From Trichodelitschia bisporula (taxonomy: Eukaryota), in the NCBI GenBank assembly GCA_010356995.1, contig ML996690.1:561420-625419 (forward strand): a stretch of DNA of 64,000 nucleotides, written 5' to 3'. The notes below the pieces were generated by a model. That model was not told the DNA's origin. It worked only from the letters and a program-made list of their open reading frames with translations, and did no database searches. This document shows, piece by piece, positions 47,756 through 61,190 of this stretch. Both the position numbers and the translations under genes were made by a program. Every line of letters starts with the position of its first letter. The first letter of the stretch is position 1.

Positions 47756-48538
47756 CCTGGAAATTGGAAAATGAGAAAGGAAAGAGCTGGAGAATAATCT
47801 GCTTCAGGCGCATAGGTCCAGGGCTCCATGCGATCGAACTGTTCATGTATACCAATGTACCGTACTCGTACTATGCGTCCACATAAAAAGTGCCGTGTCT
47901 TGCGCCTTCACCGGGGCTTTCAACTCATTGTGCTCCGGTTTCCTCTGGCGTTCTATCCATTGGCATTGACCGTATCTCCCATCTTATGACCTTCCTCTTT
48001 ATAGCCACTTGGTCACAGATAAGTGCTCAATAGTCTATTTCGTCGTGCTGAAGACGGCTTTCAATGAAGTACCACATCGGAATGTTGGACGACAGGCTTC
48101 TTCACTATTTGACAACTGAGAAGCAGGCCGATTTAAGTGACAGGGTCTGGAGGTGCAAATTGCTGTAGGTCCTAGTACAAGGCTACCAAAAGCAGATCAG
48201 AAAGGTCTTACGGCGTCCTGGGCTGTGGTCTGGTGTACACAGACCGAAAATTCCACCCGATGAACTATTTTTGTACCGCCACACCTTAACAAAGAGCACC
48301 GCCACAAGTATGGGCAACGACTTTTTGCCCCACTGCCCCGTTGGGCTGCTGCCTGCTCGGAAGGTGAACGTTGACTTGCAAAGTTCAAACTCAGCGCTTG
48401 GATACTCAACCCCCCCCCATTCACGAAGATTACATCGACGGTTATAAAAGCCCCTCCGTAAAGCTCTCCACGCCTCTTAGATTCCGAGTTCGAAGTTGGC
48501 TGTCTTCCGCAAACCGTACTTTCCCTGCCGCCACCACC

Positions 48539-49864
48539 ATGGGCGCCGCGATGGACGTGAAGAAGTGCAAAGGCGCGGACTGCGACAAGGACGCGGGTGC
48601 GCTCCAGTGCCCCACATGCCAGAAACTGGGGAAGGAGAGCTACTTCTGCTCGCAAGACTGCTTCAAGCGGAATTGGGTGCGTCTTCCGCTGCTGCACGAA
48701 GCTTGCTAGGCTCTAACCTCTCAAAGGCCGAGCATAAGAAGGAGCACAAGTCTCAGAGTAATATTCTTAGAACTTTCTTTGCGCCCAAGGTCATTTCTAA
48801 ACCAGATCCAGCCACCGGAGACTACAATCCTTTTCCGTCATACCCGTATACCGGACCTCTCCGGCCGGTATATCCTCTGTCCCCGAGGCGCGAAGTTCCA
48901 GCCCACATCAAGCTTCCCGACTACGCTGGGGATGGCACTCCGCGGTCCGAGCAGGCATTCTCTGCGCGGCACAAAGTCGCGATTCTTAGCCCGGAAGAGC
49001 AGGATATGATGCGCAAGGTCTGCAGGTTTACACGAGAAGTTCTGGACGTCGCCGCGCGTGAGCTTCGACCAGGCGTTACCACAGACTACATCGACGAAGT
49101 GGTTCATAACGCTTGCATAGAGAGAAACGTGAGCTACTTGATTCCTGAGGTCACGGGCTTGCTGACTCTATAAGTGCTACCCCTCGCCATTGAACTACTG
49201 CAGATTTCCCAAGTCTGTATGTACGTCTGTGAATGAGGTGATCTGCCACGGAATCCCGGATCGACGCCCTCTCGAAGATGGGGATATCGTGAACATCGAT
49301 GTCAGTTTATACTACGAGGGATTCCACGGTGATCTTAACGAGACATACTACGTTGGAGACAAGGCCAAGGCTGACCCCGATTCCGTGCGAGTTGTCGAGT
49401 GCGCGCGACAATCTCTGGATGAAGCCATCAAGATCGTCAAGCCTGGTATGCTGTTCCGGGAGATCGGCAATGTCATCGAGAAGCATGCCAAATCGATGAA
49501 CTGCAGCGTCATCCGCACCTACTGCGGTCATGGTGTCAACCAACTCTTCCACGGCCCTCCCACCATTCCTCACTACGCTAAGAACAAGGCTGTCGGAACG
49601 GCCAAGCCTGGCATCGCCTTCACCATCGAGCCCATGGTGGCTCTGGGGGCGTGGAGGGATAAAACCTGGCCCGATGACTGGACCAGCGTGACTGTAGACG
49701 GGAAGCGGACAGCCCAATTCGGTAAGCTGCTCGTGCTCGTGTTTTTTTGCCGTTGCTAACATCACATAGAGCACACGCTGCTGGTCACGGAGGATGGCGT
49801 TGAGGTGTTGACTGCGAGACTTCCTGATTCGCCTGGTGGCGCTATCCCTCTGATCCAAAATTGA
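48539..49864 (+). CDS. MAP1: Methionine aminopeptidase 1, spliced
   Basis: Zinc finger [74 protein letters not shown]. Confidence 0.95.
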
Positions 49865-50595
49865 TTGTCTAAACGCAGAGGAAACCAATCACAATCCATT
49901 CGTTTGCGAAGGCTTAAGCTTTTCACTTAGTTACTGGGCTGAGGCGTGTGAGGCTCCGGTGTTCATTATTTTGCCTTGGGGTTACGCTAAATACCCGGTC
50001 ACGTGTATATGGATTCCTTTCCATAATGCTCTACCTTGTGAATAGGGACCTTTACTCGGGCCTTACTTCAGAGGAATTGAGTGTATTTTGCAACATGTTG
50101 AGGTTGGCACGATGCAAGTGGCCGAGTATGGGCGAGACTCGACGAGGCGAGTAAAATTCGCGAAGTGGGAACGGATGACGCAGCGGGCGGTCCGCCTTGG
50201 GAGGGCGAAAGCCAGCCTTCAATCATCTATCTTGCTTGCGCGCCCACCAAGTCGTCCTTGAGAATATTCACAAATAAACCAACCGAAAGGACACACTGGC
50301 ATCATCTTAGTGCTGTAGCTTGGAACATTTATCTTCTTGTTTTGACTGATCGCCCTCCTTCCAGGCAACTGCTCGCCTTCCCAAGAACCCGACTACGCGG
50401 CTACCAGACTCCAGCCTTCGGCCCTCACCCCTGCCACTTATCCAAAAGCAACACCAAGCTCCACAGCCCACCCGCCGCACCACCCTCGATCCACCAAGCG
50501 CAAACCCGTACCACACTCCCGCATCCAGCTGTTACTCGAACAAGCTTCCCTCGGCGCATCGCAATCATTTCCTCTGCACTCACGCAGCTGTCTTC

Positions 50596-51288
50596 ATGAT
50601 GTCCGGCGAAGCATGGCTCTATCTGTTGGCCGTGTTGATCAACGCGGTCAACCTGTTCCTCCAAGTGTTCTTCACCATCATGTACAGCGATCTTGAATGG
50701 TATGTCAACAGCACAGACTCATTGCGCTGGCTTCATTTCACTGCGTCGCGGCCCGTCGCGGCTTGCGCTTCATTCCGGCAACGTTGTCCAAGTAGCTTTC
50801 GCTAACGCCCCCGCAGCGACTACATCAACCCGATTGACCTCTGCAACCGCCTCAACACCTACATCATCCCCGAAGCCGCCGTTCACGCCTTCCTCACGTT
50901 CCTATTTCTCATCAACGGGTACTGGATCGCCCTGTTGCTCAATCTCCCGCTCCTGGTATTCAATGGGAAGAAGTAGGTTCAGGTATAACGTCGCTGGACA
51001 TATTACTGATTCTTGAAGGATCTTCGAGAACCAGCATCTCCTGGATGCGACAGAGATCTTCCGCAAGCTCAACGTACACAAGAAGGTGAGCGCAGACCGA
51101 GGCCTGCAGCTTTGGCAACCATATGGCTAACTTCCGCATCAGGAATCGTTCATCAAGTTGGGCTTCCACTTGATCATGTTCTTCTTCTACCTCTACAGGT
51201 ATGACTTCGCTAGTATTATTTCGTATCGTGCCATTACTGACGCTGCCTAAGCATGATTGTGGCGTTGATTCGTGATGAAACCAACTGA
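50596..51288 (+). CDS. ERV14: Cornichon-family ER cargo receptor, five exons
   Basis: [61 protein letters not shown]. Confidence 0.94.
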
Positions 51289-51848
51289 TCATGCAGGCAA
51301 GAGTTTTCCTACTATAGGGATATGGGAGAACTTTAGGAAAGAGCATCGCGGTGCTCGTTTCCTGTTCTCGCGACGGGATCGTGAGGAGTCAGAGGGATGA
51401 GGGAACAAGGGCAGCGGGGGCGTATCACGGCTAACACCGGTCAAGGCTTGCGAGTATCATGAAGTTAGCGTTATTATTCGTGATTTCAACGACAGCTTGG
51501 TACCTTGGGTACGGTTGAGCTGCCCGGTAATGACCTGTATAGAGGCGAATGGGCATCAAGGCGCTTCCTTTTGCTTGCTATACCGATACCGCAGGGATAC
51601 CAGTGTTGATAATGTTGAATCTTTTTGCGTGCCACAGCTACTCAGCTCTTGTGATCTAGTAGACTCAACGTGATGCCTTCGTCCGAAGATAGTCGAGACA
51701 GCCACATATATCGGATATTTTTTGTGCCTGAGGCTCAAAATTGGAGCTATTGCCTCATATCTTGGCGGGGCTGCCATTCCACCACGCGCTGCAAGACCGT
51801 TGGAACGGCCAACTTCATCCCGAACCTCTACCCACGCCTCCAGCAAAC

Positions 51849-53266
51849 ATGACTACCTCAACGAAGGGTGCCGTGCCCACGGGCTACGCCGATGAGATTG
51901 CCATCAGCGAAACGAGCTTCCGGTCCGCGCAGCGCGCCGTCCAAAACGCAGGCCACACGTCGAAGAAGCGCAAGCGCGAGGACCGCGGCGACCCCGGCGT
52001 GATGTACGGTGCCGCCGCGTACAAGGGACCTTGGGCGAAGTTCAAGGAGGATACGCCGGAGGCCAGCTCCGGGTCGGAAGAAGAGGTGGAAGTAGAAGTG
52101 GAGTACGAGGATGATGAGGAGATTGAGGATTTGGGCCCCCAGGCTGGGTTGGCGCCGATGGCGACGGATTATGCGCCTGAGGAGGCGGGCGAGACGTCGG
52201 AGTTCCTGGGGTCGAGTATGTATGACTATCAGGGGAGGACGTACATGCATGTGCCGCTGGATCTGGATATCGATTTGAGGTATGCTTCTCGGATGTGAGA
52301 TGCGGACGCAAGCTAATATGCTCCAGGGGTGACACCAGCAACATCAAGAACTACGTGCCAAAGAAGGAGGTTTTCGCTTGGAGGCAACAAAAGGGCAGTG
52401 CCATCACGCAGATGCGCTTCTTCCCTGACTCTGGCCATTTGCTTCTCTCTGCTACGGCTAGTGGCAAGGTCTCACTGTTTGACGTCTACCACAACCGAGA
52501 ACTGTTGCGGACATATTCCGGCCATACGAAGCGTTGCAACGATATCTGCTTCAACAACGACGGCACCGAGTTCCTCACCGCCTCCTACGATCACTACATG
52601 AAGCTCTGGGACACAGAAACCGGGAAATGCAAAGCCAAGTTCACGACGGGCAAGACGCCGCACGTCATCCGCTTCAACCCCTCCATCAACAACGAATTCC
52701 TAGCCGGAATGTCTGACAAGAAGATCGTCCAGTACGACACACGTTCCGGTGAGCTGGTGCAGGAATACGACCACCATCTCGGCCCCGTCAACACGATCAC
52801 CTTCTGCGACGAGAATCGCCGCTTCGTCACCACATCCGACGATAAGAGCTTGCGTGCCTGGGAATACGGCATCCCCGTGCCCATCAAGTTCATCGCCGAG
52901 CCGTACATGTTTTCGATGAACCGCAGTGCGGCCCACCCCAGGAAGCCGTTCATCGCACTGCAGAGCAGCGATAACCAGATCGTGGTGTATGCGAGCAGCG
53001 AACGGTTCCGCCAGAACAGGAAGAAGAGTTTTAGGGGGCATAACAATGCCGGCTATGCGATTGATGTGGCTATCAGTCCGGATGGAGAGTTTGTCATGAG
53101 CGGTGATACGGGTGGTTATGTCTGCTGGTGGTCGTGGAAGACTTGCAAGATGTTGCATAAGATCCAGGCGGCTGATACCCCCGTCGTGGCCTGCCAGTTC
53201 CATCCTCGGGAGACGTCCAAGGCTATCACGGGAGATCTGGATGGGATCATCAAGTACTGGGACTAG
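51849..53266 (+). CDS. PRP17: WD40 pre-mRNA splicing factor Prp17/Cdc40, one intron
   Basis: YKGPWA, YDYQGRTYMHVP, YDHHLGPVNTITF, TSDDKSLRAWEYGIPVPIK, FRGHNNAGYA, HPRETSK..KYWD; start codon uncertain. Confidence 0.92.
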
Positions 53267-53467
53267 GAGCGCATTTGTTGACGTTAGCGACGGGGAAGAC
53301 AAAAGAGGTGCAATCTTTTTGGCCGTGCATTTCGCCATGAGCTAGGCTTCACAAATGCGCCGAATAACGACGTAATCAAGTACATTGATGACATATGACA
53401 TAGCATACCTACATGTCGACGTACAGCTATATAAACACAAGATCTAAACGCCCATTTCTTCCAGTAC

Positions 53468-56400
53468 CTACCCAACCCACCGTCTCGCACTCTTAAACAT
53501 CCTCACCCAAGGCCCATACTCTCCCCACTCCGCCGCCTGATCCTCAGGCATCCAGCTCCCCACCTCCTTGAGAATCGTCCGCTCGGGATGCGGCATCATA
53601 GCCAGTACCCGCCCGTCCGGGGTGCGGACGCCCGTAATACCGAGCGGGCTCCCGTTCGGATTAAACGGATACCGTTCCGTCGGCTCGCTCGCGTTATCCA
53701 CGTAGCGAATCGCCACCAGCCCGGCCTGGTACAGAGCTGCTGGTGTCGCCGCGGCCGCAGGATCAGAGGGGAACGTAGCGCGGCCCTCACCGTGGGCAAC
53801 AACGATTGGCAGCTTGGACCCGTTCATGCCGTGCAAGAACACCGAAGGAGCAACGCCGCCGGGTCCAGGGCGGTCAAGCACCTCGACCATAGCGACACGC
53901 GCCTCGTACTGCTCGCTGAAATTACGCTCGAAAGTCGGCCAGGCCGCAGCACCGGGAATGAGCTCCTTAAGGCGGGACATGAACTGGCAGCCATTGCAGA
54001 CGCCGAGAGCGAAAGTATCGGGGCGCTCGAAGAAGGCGCTGAATTCGCTGCGGGTGTCGGCGTGGAGGAGGACGCTCTTGGCCCAGCCCTGTCCTGCGCC
54101 GAGGACATCGCCGTAGGAGAAGCCGCCACAGGCAGCGAGGCCGATGAAGGCGGCCAGCGAGGTGCGGCCGGACAGGATGTCGGTCATGTGCACGTCGATG
54201 GGGGAGAAGCCGGCGGCGGCGAAGGCGAAGGCCATTTCGGCTTGGCCGTTGACGCCTTCTTCGCGAAGGATGGCGACTCGGGGTTTGGCGGTGAAGACGG
54301 AGGAGATAGATGCAGTGAGGGGGAGGATGCTCTCCTTCGGGTTGAAGGTGAGGTTGTAGCTGAGGCCAGGGTCGGTGTCGTTGGCGATGTTGTCGAATTC
54401 TTGCTGGGCGCATTTTGGGTTGTCGCGGAGCTTCTGCATGTTGTATGAGGTTGATGCCCAGCGCTGTTGAAGCTCCTTTCTCGTGCTGTGAAAAACGGGA
54501 GTCAGCCCATACCGGAAGGTGATGGTCTGCTTCGACGCAGGAAGCACGTTGCCTATCTTGGTGATCAGCCCAGGAGGTGGACCGCAGGTGGCGAAACAGC
54601 TCTTGAACGTCATTTCGTCCTTCTTGCGGACCTGGAATACTGCCCCAAGCTCTTCATTGAAGAGTTCCTGGACGACATCGGCGACATTTGCGCTCTCGCA
54701 AATCTTATCCAGGGAGATATCGATACCGCATCTGCCAGCGAAAGCCATTTCAACCAGAGTAGTAAAGAGGCCGCCATCAGACCGGTCATGATAGGCGAGG
54801 ACGACGCCAGACTCATGCAGTTGCTCAACAGCGTCGAAGTAGTCTCTGATCATCAACGGATCCGGAGTATCAGGCGCCTCGTCGCCAACCTGTCCAAATA
54901 CCTGAGCCAGGGCGGATCCACCCATGCGGCGCTTTGCGTCCGCGAGGTCAACGAACAGGAGAATCGTCTCGCCAACCTCCTCGGGGCGACGGAGCGTTGG
55001 CGTCCACGTGCGGTCGATCTGCTCTACTGGAGCAAAAGCAGTGATGACAAGGGACAGCGGAGCAGTGACCTCAGTTGGTTTTTCAGATCCAGGCTCCGTC
55101 CACTTCATCTTCATTGACATAGAATCTTTGCCAACGGGTATGCTGATTCCCAGTTTGGGGCACAGGTCCATACCGATGGCTTCTACTGCCTCATACAGAG
55201 CAGCACCTTCACCCGGATGGCTGCTGGCGGCCATCCAGTTGGCAGACAATCGTACGCGCTTCAGCCTGTCAGGGATGCTGGCTGCCGCGAGGTTCATCAG
55301 GGACTCCGCGACAGCCATTCTCGCAGAGGCAGCCGGAGAAATGAGAGCCAGAGTCGGCTTCTCTCCCATAGCCATTGCTTCGCCTGTTTTGATACCAGGG
55401 AGCAACGAGGTTGCCGTGACAGAAACATCTGCAAGCGGTGTCTGCCAAGGGCCGACCATCTGATCGCGAACAGTGAGGCCACCGACCGTTCTGTCTCCAA
55501 TCGTAATAAGGAAAGACTTGGAGCCTACAGCTGGTAGCGCAAGTACGCGGTTCACCGCCTCGGATATAAGATCAGAGGTCGGAGTCTTTGGCAAGTACGT
55601 TGACAGGCTGCTGTCGAAGGGTGGCAGTTGAAGCTTCCTTGAATCCACAATCCTGGTCATCTTCGGCGGCTTGCCGAAGAGAATGGACATGGGCAGATCG
55701 ATAGGTTTGGGAAAGTTCGGTGAATCCCGATCCAGGAGTATGAGCCGCTTCTCCTCATTGCTACCCCCAGTCGCTGTGCCTACGATAGAGTAGCCACAGC
55801 GTTCACGCTTGCAGATGCGTACGAAGCGATCTAGGCTCTCAGGGCTGACCGCCAAAACGTACCGCTCCTGAGCTTCGCAGCACCAAATCTGAAGCGGACT
55901 CATGCTCTTATCTGCATTGTCAATCTCGCGCAGCTCAAATGTCGCACCGAGATCCGAGTCGTGAACAAGCTCCGGAAGGGCGTTCGACAACCCGCCAGCG
56001 CCGACATCATGGATGAAGCGAATCGGGTTCTCGTCTCCGAGCGCTGTGCAAGTGTTGATGACCTCCTGTGCCCGTCTTTGCACTTCGGCATTCCCACGCT
56101 GTACGCTCGCAAAGTCCAGGTCAACTGAGCCTTCTCCGGACTGAATGCTGGAGGCAGCTCCACCGCCGAGTCCGATTAGCATGGCAGGCCCCCCAATTAC
56201 AACGAGGCTGTCCCCGGGGCTGACGAGGTCCTTGTCCTTGAGAGCATGCTGGGGCCGGACAGTTCCCACACCACCAGCGATCATGATGGGTTTATGATAG
56301 CCTCTGATTTCCGTAGTCTTATCATCCACAGGCACCTTGGTGGTTAAAGTTCTGAAGTATCCGGTCGTGCAAGGGCGGCCGAACTCATTGTTGAACGCCG

Positions 56401-57595
56401 CACTGCCAATCGGTGCTTCGAGCATGATGTCCAAGCTGCTGGCGATATGAGCTGGCTTCCCGACGTCAAGCTCCCACGGTTGCTCAAATCCGGGGATCCG
56501 CAAGTCAGAGACAGTAAAACCAGAAAGGCCCGCCTTGGGCTTGGAGCCCCTTCCCACAGCACCTTCATCTCTAATTTCTCCTCCGGAGCCAGTGGCTGCT
56601 CCCGGATAGGGTGATACAGCGGTGGGGTGGTTGTGCGTCTCAACCTTGGCAAGGAAATGAACCGTCTCCTTCGTCTGGATCCATTCGCCGGTGGCCTGGT
56701 TGGGAGCCCAGAAGCTGGCATGCTCGCCTTGTAGAACTGCAGCATTGTCGCTATAGGCACTGACGACGTGGTTCGGGTGCCTTTGGTGCGTATTGCGGAT
56801 CATCTCGAACAAAGACTTGGCCTTGCGCATACCATCAATGGTCCACTCTGCATTGAACTGCTTATGCCTGCAATGCTCTGAGTTGACCTGTGCGAACATA
56901 AACAGCTCTACATCAACCGGGCCCCTCTTAAGCTGTTGCGCATAGGCGTGGACCAGATAGTCAATCTCAGAAGAATCCAGTGCGAGACCGAGCGTTCGGT
57001 TCGCATGCTCAAGGGCAGCGCGGTGCGTGCTTCCCTCCTCAAAGAGTGATACCGTCGTAGCGGGTGCTGGAGACTTTTCCTGAAATATATACTCCAGATC
57101 CGGGGCACTCCGGCTGATGGACTGGGTCATACGGTCGTACAGAGCGTGAGAACTTGGAATAGTGTCCGCATCGAGAGGCTTCGCAAACCGCGCCGCAACG
57201 GCCATGCCGCGCTCCACCCGCTTTATGACCCGATCTAGCGTGCATACTTGTGCGATACTCGTGGCTTGAGAGCTCCATGGCGATATCGTTCCAGGGCGAG
57301 GGAAGATGTGAAAGATGGCTACGTTGGAGTCGAGCGGACTGCCGTTGTGCTTGAGGACGTTCAAAAGCTCGGCCGTGAGGCGGTCAACTTGGTCCGGTGG
57401 TTCTCCATATTGCAAGAGTTGTTCAAGTACTTGCAGCTCTTGATTGTTCAGATGCCGCTGCGGGTGGACGTAGTGTACCCAAAGCGCGCGGACCTCGAGC
57501 GCACCGATCTCTTTCGCAAGTCTCGTCAGGCGGAAATCAGAGAACGCGTTCGCTCCAGCGAGAGCGAAGCAACGAGGCTCCTCTGCGAAAGCCAT
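53468..57595 (-). CDS. ADE6: Phosphoribosylformylglycinamidine synthase (large PurL)
   Basis: [61 protein letters not shown]; uninterrupted ORF. Confidence 0.97.
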   Translation of the reverse strand: MAFAEEPRCFALAGANAFSDFRLTRLAKEIGALEVRALWVHYVHPQRHLNNQELQVLEQLLQYGEPPDQVDRLTAELLNVLKHNGSPLDSNVAIFHIFPRPGTISPWSSQATSIAQVCTLDRVIKRVERGMAVAARFAKPLDADTIPSSHALYDRMTQSISRSAPDLEYIFQEKSPAPATTVSLFEEGSTHRAALEHANRTLGLALDSSEIDYLVHAYAQQLKRGPVDVELFMFAQVNSEHCRHKQFNAEWTIDGMRKAKSLFEMIRNTHQRHPNHVVSAYSDNAAVLQGEHASFWAPNQATGEWIQTKETVHFLAKVETHNHPTAVSPYPGAATGSGGEIRDEGAVGRGSKPKAGLSGFTVSDLRIPGFEQPWELDVGKPAHIASSLDIMLEAPIGSAAFNNEFGRPCTTGYFRTLTTKVPVDDKTTEIRGYHKPIMIAGGVGTVRPQHALKDKDLVSPGDSLVVIGGPAMLIGLGGGAASSIQSGEGSVDLDFASVQRGNAEVQRRAQEVINTCTALGDENPIRFIHDVGAGGLSNALPELVHDSDLGATFELREIDNADKSMSPLQIWCCEAQERYVLAVSPESLDRFVRICKRERCGYSIVGTATGGSNEEKRLILLDRDSPNFPKPIDLPMSILFGKPPKMTRIVDSRKLQLPPFDSSLSTYLPKTPTSDLISEAVNRVLALPAVGSKSFLITIGDRTVGGLTVRDQMVGPWQTPLADVSVTATSLLPGIKTGEAMAMGEKPTLALISPAASARMAVAESLMNLAAASIPDRLKRVRLSANWMAASSHPGEGAALYEAVEAIGMDLCPKLGISIPVGKDSMSMKMKWTEPGSEKPTEVTAPLSLVITAFAPVEQIDRTWTPTLRRPEEVGETILLFVDLADAKRRMGGSALAQVFGQVGDEAPDTPDPLMIRDYFDAVEQLHESGVVLAYHDRSDGGLFTTLVEMAFAGRCGIDISLDKICESANVADVVQELFNEELGAVFQVRKKDEMTFKSCFATCGPPPGLITKIGNVLPASKQTITFRYGLTPVFHSTRKELQQRWASTSYNMQKLRDNPKCAQQEFDNIANDTDPGLSYNLTFNPKESILPLTASISSVFTAKPRVAILREEGVNGQAEMAFAFAAAGFSPIDVHMTDILSGRTSLAAFIGLAACGGFSYGDVLGAGQGWAKSVLLHADTRSEFSAFFERPDTFALGVCNGCQFMSRLKELIPGAAAWPTFERNFSEQYEARVAMVEVLDRPGPGGVAPSVFLHGMNGSKLPIVVAHGEGRATFPSDPAAAATPAALYQAGLVAIRYVDNASEPTERYPFNPNGSPLGITGVRTPDGRVLAMMPHPERTILKEVGSWMPEDQAAEWGEYGPWVRMFKSARRWVG

Positions 57596-57911
57596 GAGAG
57601 TGTTGTGGAGTGGCAATGCGGAGGATGGGGAGGCGAGGGAACATGTAAAAAGTGCAACGGGAGTTCCAGAGCGGGGCTCTTCATCTGAGGTCAGTGGCGG
57701 GGCAAAAGCGACCCCGGCAAAAATATCCGATCTCCAGGACTCGAGTCCGATCCGATCTTCGGCAGCACTGGATTTACAGTACGTACAGATTACACGGCAG
57801 TTAAGCGGTCAATGCAGTCTCAATTCCGTAGAGGGATCTGTTATAGGGGTGATCTTTCGGTTACACCACACATGCAGGGCTTTCCACACTTTTGTAGCCT
57901 CTACCAGTAGT

Positions 57912-59803
57912 CTACTCCGCTATTTCTTGGTCCGAGTCGTCTTGACTGTCTCCATCGTCCTCGCCGTCGTCCGCGTCTTCATCCACTTCATCTTCCTCGT
58001 CTTCTTCCGCTTCGTCGTCATCGTCATCATCTAATTCGTCCTTCCGTTCTTCATCGTCACTATCCATGTCGAACCCAATCTCAGCCCTGGCGTCCGCGTC
58101 AAGTTCAGTTTCAACGGAATCTACGATGTCGTCCGTCATTGAATCACCCTGCAGCGTGCTTGCGTGGTCCACATATCGGCGTTCCCGTTGCCTCCAAGCT
58201 GACATTGCAATTGCTCGTACCATAGAACAGAGATGTGTGCTGAGAGTATCCATATTTTGGGGGTGAGTAGCTTTGACATTGCTGGGGTCAATAGCATCAG
58301 GAAAGCAGCCTATGATTCTCTTGTAGAGTCCATCATCCGGTGTTTCGCCTTCAGCGAGGACTTTGATCTTGTGCCGCATAATAATTTTTAGCAGTGTCCA
58401 AGTGGCGTTTTCATACCACCCAGAGAACACAGGCTACAATAGTCAGCAAATAATGCATCAACGAGGGGAAAAACTTACATCAAACTCATCTCGAAGTTTG
58501 GCGTTCTTCAGCAGCTCACGAAGCAATGGGTCAGTGACATCGCACATCTGCCAGACACGAGCGTCCTGGTAGAGTGTCTTCCCGTCAAACAGGTGACTAT
58601 TCGGAACAAACCCGACCGGCTTGATAACTCTTCTTATCCCCCGACCATGAGGGTTCCGATAGGCGGATTTCTGAGGAAGCTCGTCGCTGAGTTGGAAGAA
58701 GATTGTTTGGAATTCCCTGTACTTGGGATCGGACCGAGGGTCAAGGCCAAACCTGACAATGGAATCTCGGAACGGACCACTATCGAATGAGTAGCCAACA
58801 TAGCCTATGAGCTTCCTAGTTTCGCCCTCGTACTTGCCCTTGAGCGCCCTCATGTACACCCGTTTCGACATGATCGGACGCTTGTCAAATTCCGCACGGA
58901 GTGCTTTGAGGAGCTGCAGCTTGAAGGGACCCAAGCTCTCTTCCGGTGGAAGGTCTACCGGTGGCGCGGTAGGGACCTCAGCAATATCGGCCGCCACGTT
59001 GTGCCTGACCTGCCTCGCTGAGGACGAGACGTTGATCGAAGTCATAGCACCCGAACTGTCCGTGACGAACCTGACATACGGGTTTTGTCGGTATGCGTAG
59101 TTATGCGGGACTTTGACTTGGTTGAGAAAGGGTGGCGGGCACACGGTTTGGTCAAGCGGAAGGACCTTAGCCGGATTCAATCTAAAGGTTCGGACGGCAT
59201 TTTTGTCGTGCTTCATGATCGTGTCTCGCAGCTTGCCCACCACATTGTCTCCGGCCGTTTCATGCTGGTAATCCGGCAGAGTTCGGAATCGATGAGAATC
59301 TTTGACGACACCCACAGGCGTAACAGTGACTTTGTGAGGATTGTCCCGCAAAGTGCGACGGAAGTCGACGGCGGCATTGCGTACAAATTCCCCCGAGTCA
59401 CTATGCGACCTCGTTCGAATGCCCTTTCGCCTTCGCCTTATGACTTTTGGCACAGTAATCTTGAGGAGCAAGTCTTGCGCAGTAACCGGGTCAGATGGAA
59501 TCGAGGTGGCCAGGGCATCCTCAGGACGCAAGGATACGGCAATGGATTTGGTTGGATCTTCAGATTCTAGGAACTAGAACGGTCAGATCTCTTCTGGTTT
59601 AGATGTGAAGTGCTGGTTACCTTGTTGATCGACACCTCACCTCCGAGAGACCTAAGGCCCTTGTCCAGGTCCTTTATGATGCATGGGTGCTCAATATGCA
59701 CAAATTCTTCCTTACGAACAGCATGAAATGGTGCCAATCGTAGGGAGGCTGCACCAGATGGCAATTGGCCGTCGTGCAAGCCGTTGACTTGGGCCATGGT
59801 CAT
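57912..59803 (-). CDS. TFC1: TFIIIC subunit tau95 (Tfc1/Sfc1), spliced
   Basis: IEHPCIIKDLDKGLRSLGG, LLLKITVPK, HRFRTLPDYQ, YAYRQN, FDKRPI, GPFRDSIVRFGLDPR, WQMCDVTDP, acidic tail. Confidence 0.88.
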
Positions 59804-61190
59804 CAAGTGGCTAGGAGAAAGGAGACGGGGTGGGTTCTATTAATGGCGTCTTGCACGCCTTGGTCGCGGTTAGCATTGTTGGAGAGCATATCGGTTACTG
59901 ATCTTGCTGTAGAAGCAACCAAAATGTCAGAGGAGTACCAGCTACGAAATGCGCGAGCTGTGGTGATCGGTACGTACCTGTTTGCGTGCAAGGTTGGAGC
60001 CGAGGCGGGGCAGGTCTTCGAAGGGCGGGAAGAAAACCCTCGAGAGACCAATATCAAGATCTCGAACTAGAACCGCGCGACAGATGGCTGGTTACTGAAA
60101 TCAGGATGGCTGAGGTTGAAACAGATGGATCTCGTGGTGAGTACTCCGTAGGAAATATGTGAATGGGTATTTGGGTGTTTGGATGTGCGCCGGTTTCATA
60201 AGAGGTCAAATCCCAAATGCTGTATTCTAGGACATCGATCTGAGCCCCGCTCCGCCCTTGAAGTGAAGGGGCCGCTTGGCACAGCGGAAGCCGGGGCCGT
60301 GGCCTGAAGCACAGCTCTGTCTGTCTCTCTCGTCGGCGCGCGCGCAGCACCAAGGCGCAATTCCCTCTCAGTTTCCCTCTCCATCTCTCTCAGTTCTCCT
60401 TCTCGCTCCCCAAGCATCAGACAGAAAAGAAGACGAAGAAGAAGCCGAGTCGGACAATTATCTCGATCACCAAATCGCCCCGCCACTCTCCCGCCTATCA
60501 GCCCGCTTCCTTCTCACCTCAACCCCCAAAAGCGCACATCACAACCCCTCCCGCGCAGCCCAGCTCAGCCCAAACTGTCCTCTCTCCGCCTCCTCCCAAC
60601 ATCTTTGTAAACATAACTTTTTTTCTCTTGATTCTTCCAACCCACCACCTTCACAACATACCAACTGCCCTTCACCTCTCCTTCAACTTCATCGTCTACC
60701 GCGTCGTTTGTTGTCATCCATTCGCATCTCTCCCTCGGCGCAACTGTTCTTCCTCCAGCTTCTTCTTCGTTGCCTGGGGCACCCCTATCCGCACACCACC
60801 CCCTCCTCTCCTCCACCTTAACTCCCCCCTCCCCCCCAAGCAACCCCGTTGTCCAACCCGCTTTGGCTTAAGCCTCTTCTGCAACTCCAAACTCTCCGCA
60901 TCCCCCCCCATCTAGTTCTCCTAAATCCCATTGCCTAATTCAACTTTCCCTTCGGCGACCAAATGTCTGCACACTAGTAACCAATCATCCCCGAACACCA
61001 CCGCCTTTCTCGCCTCGACTAGCGAAGCACCCCCCCGTCGCGGTGCCTGTTTCTCCGTCTGTCCATCGTCGTCACCTATCCAGCTCGAACCGCCCGTCGG
61101 TTCAACGCGCGTCGAAACTTGCTTCGGCGCCCTTCGAATTTGAACCCCACTACTCGCACACACACGTCGTCAGGCGCGTAAGTCGCAGCA

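Noticed and set aside
53468..57595. Intronless 4.1-kb ADE6 as a horizontal transfer or retrogene
   Set aside because: The sequence looks like an ordinary eukaryotic large PurL with composition matching its neighbours; lack of introns alone is not evidence.
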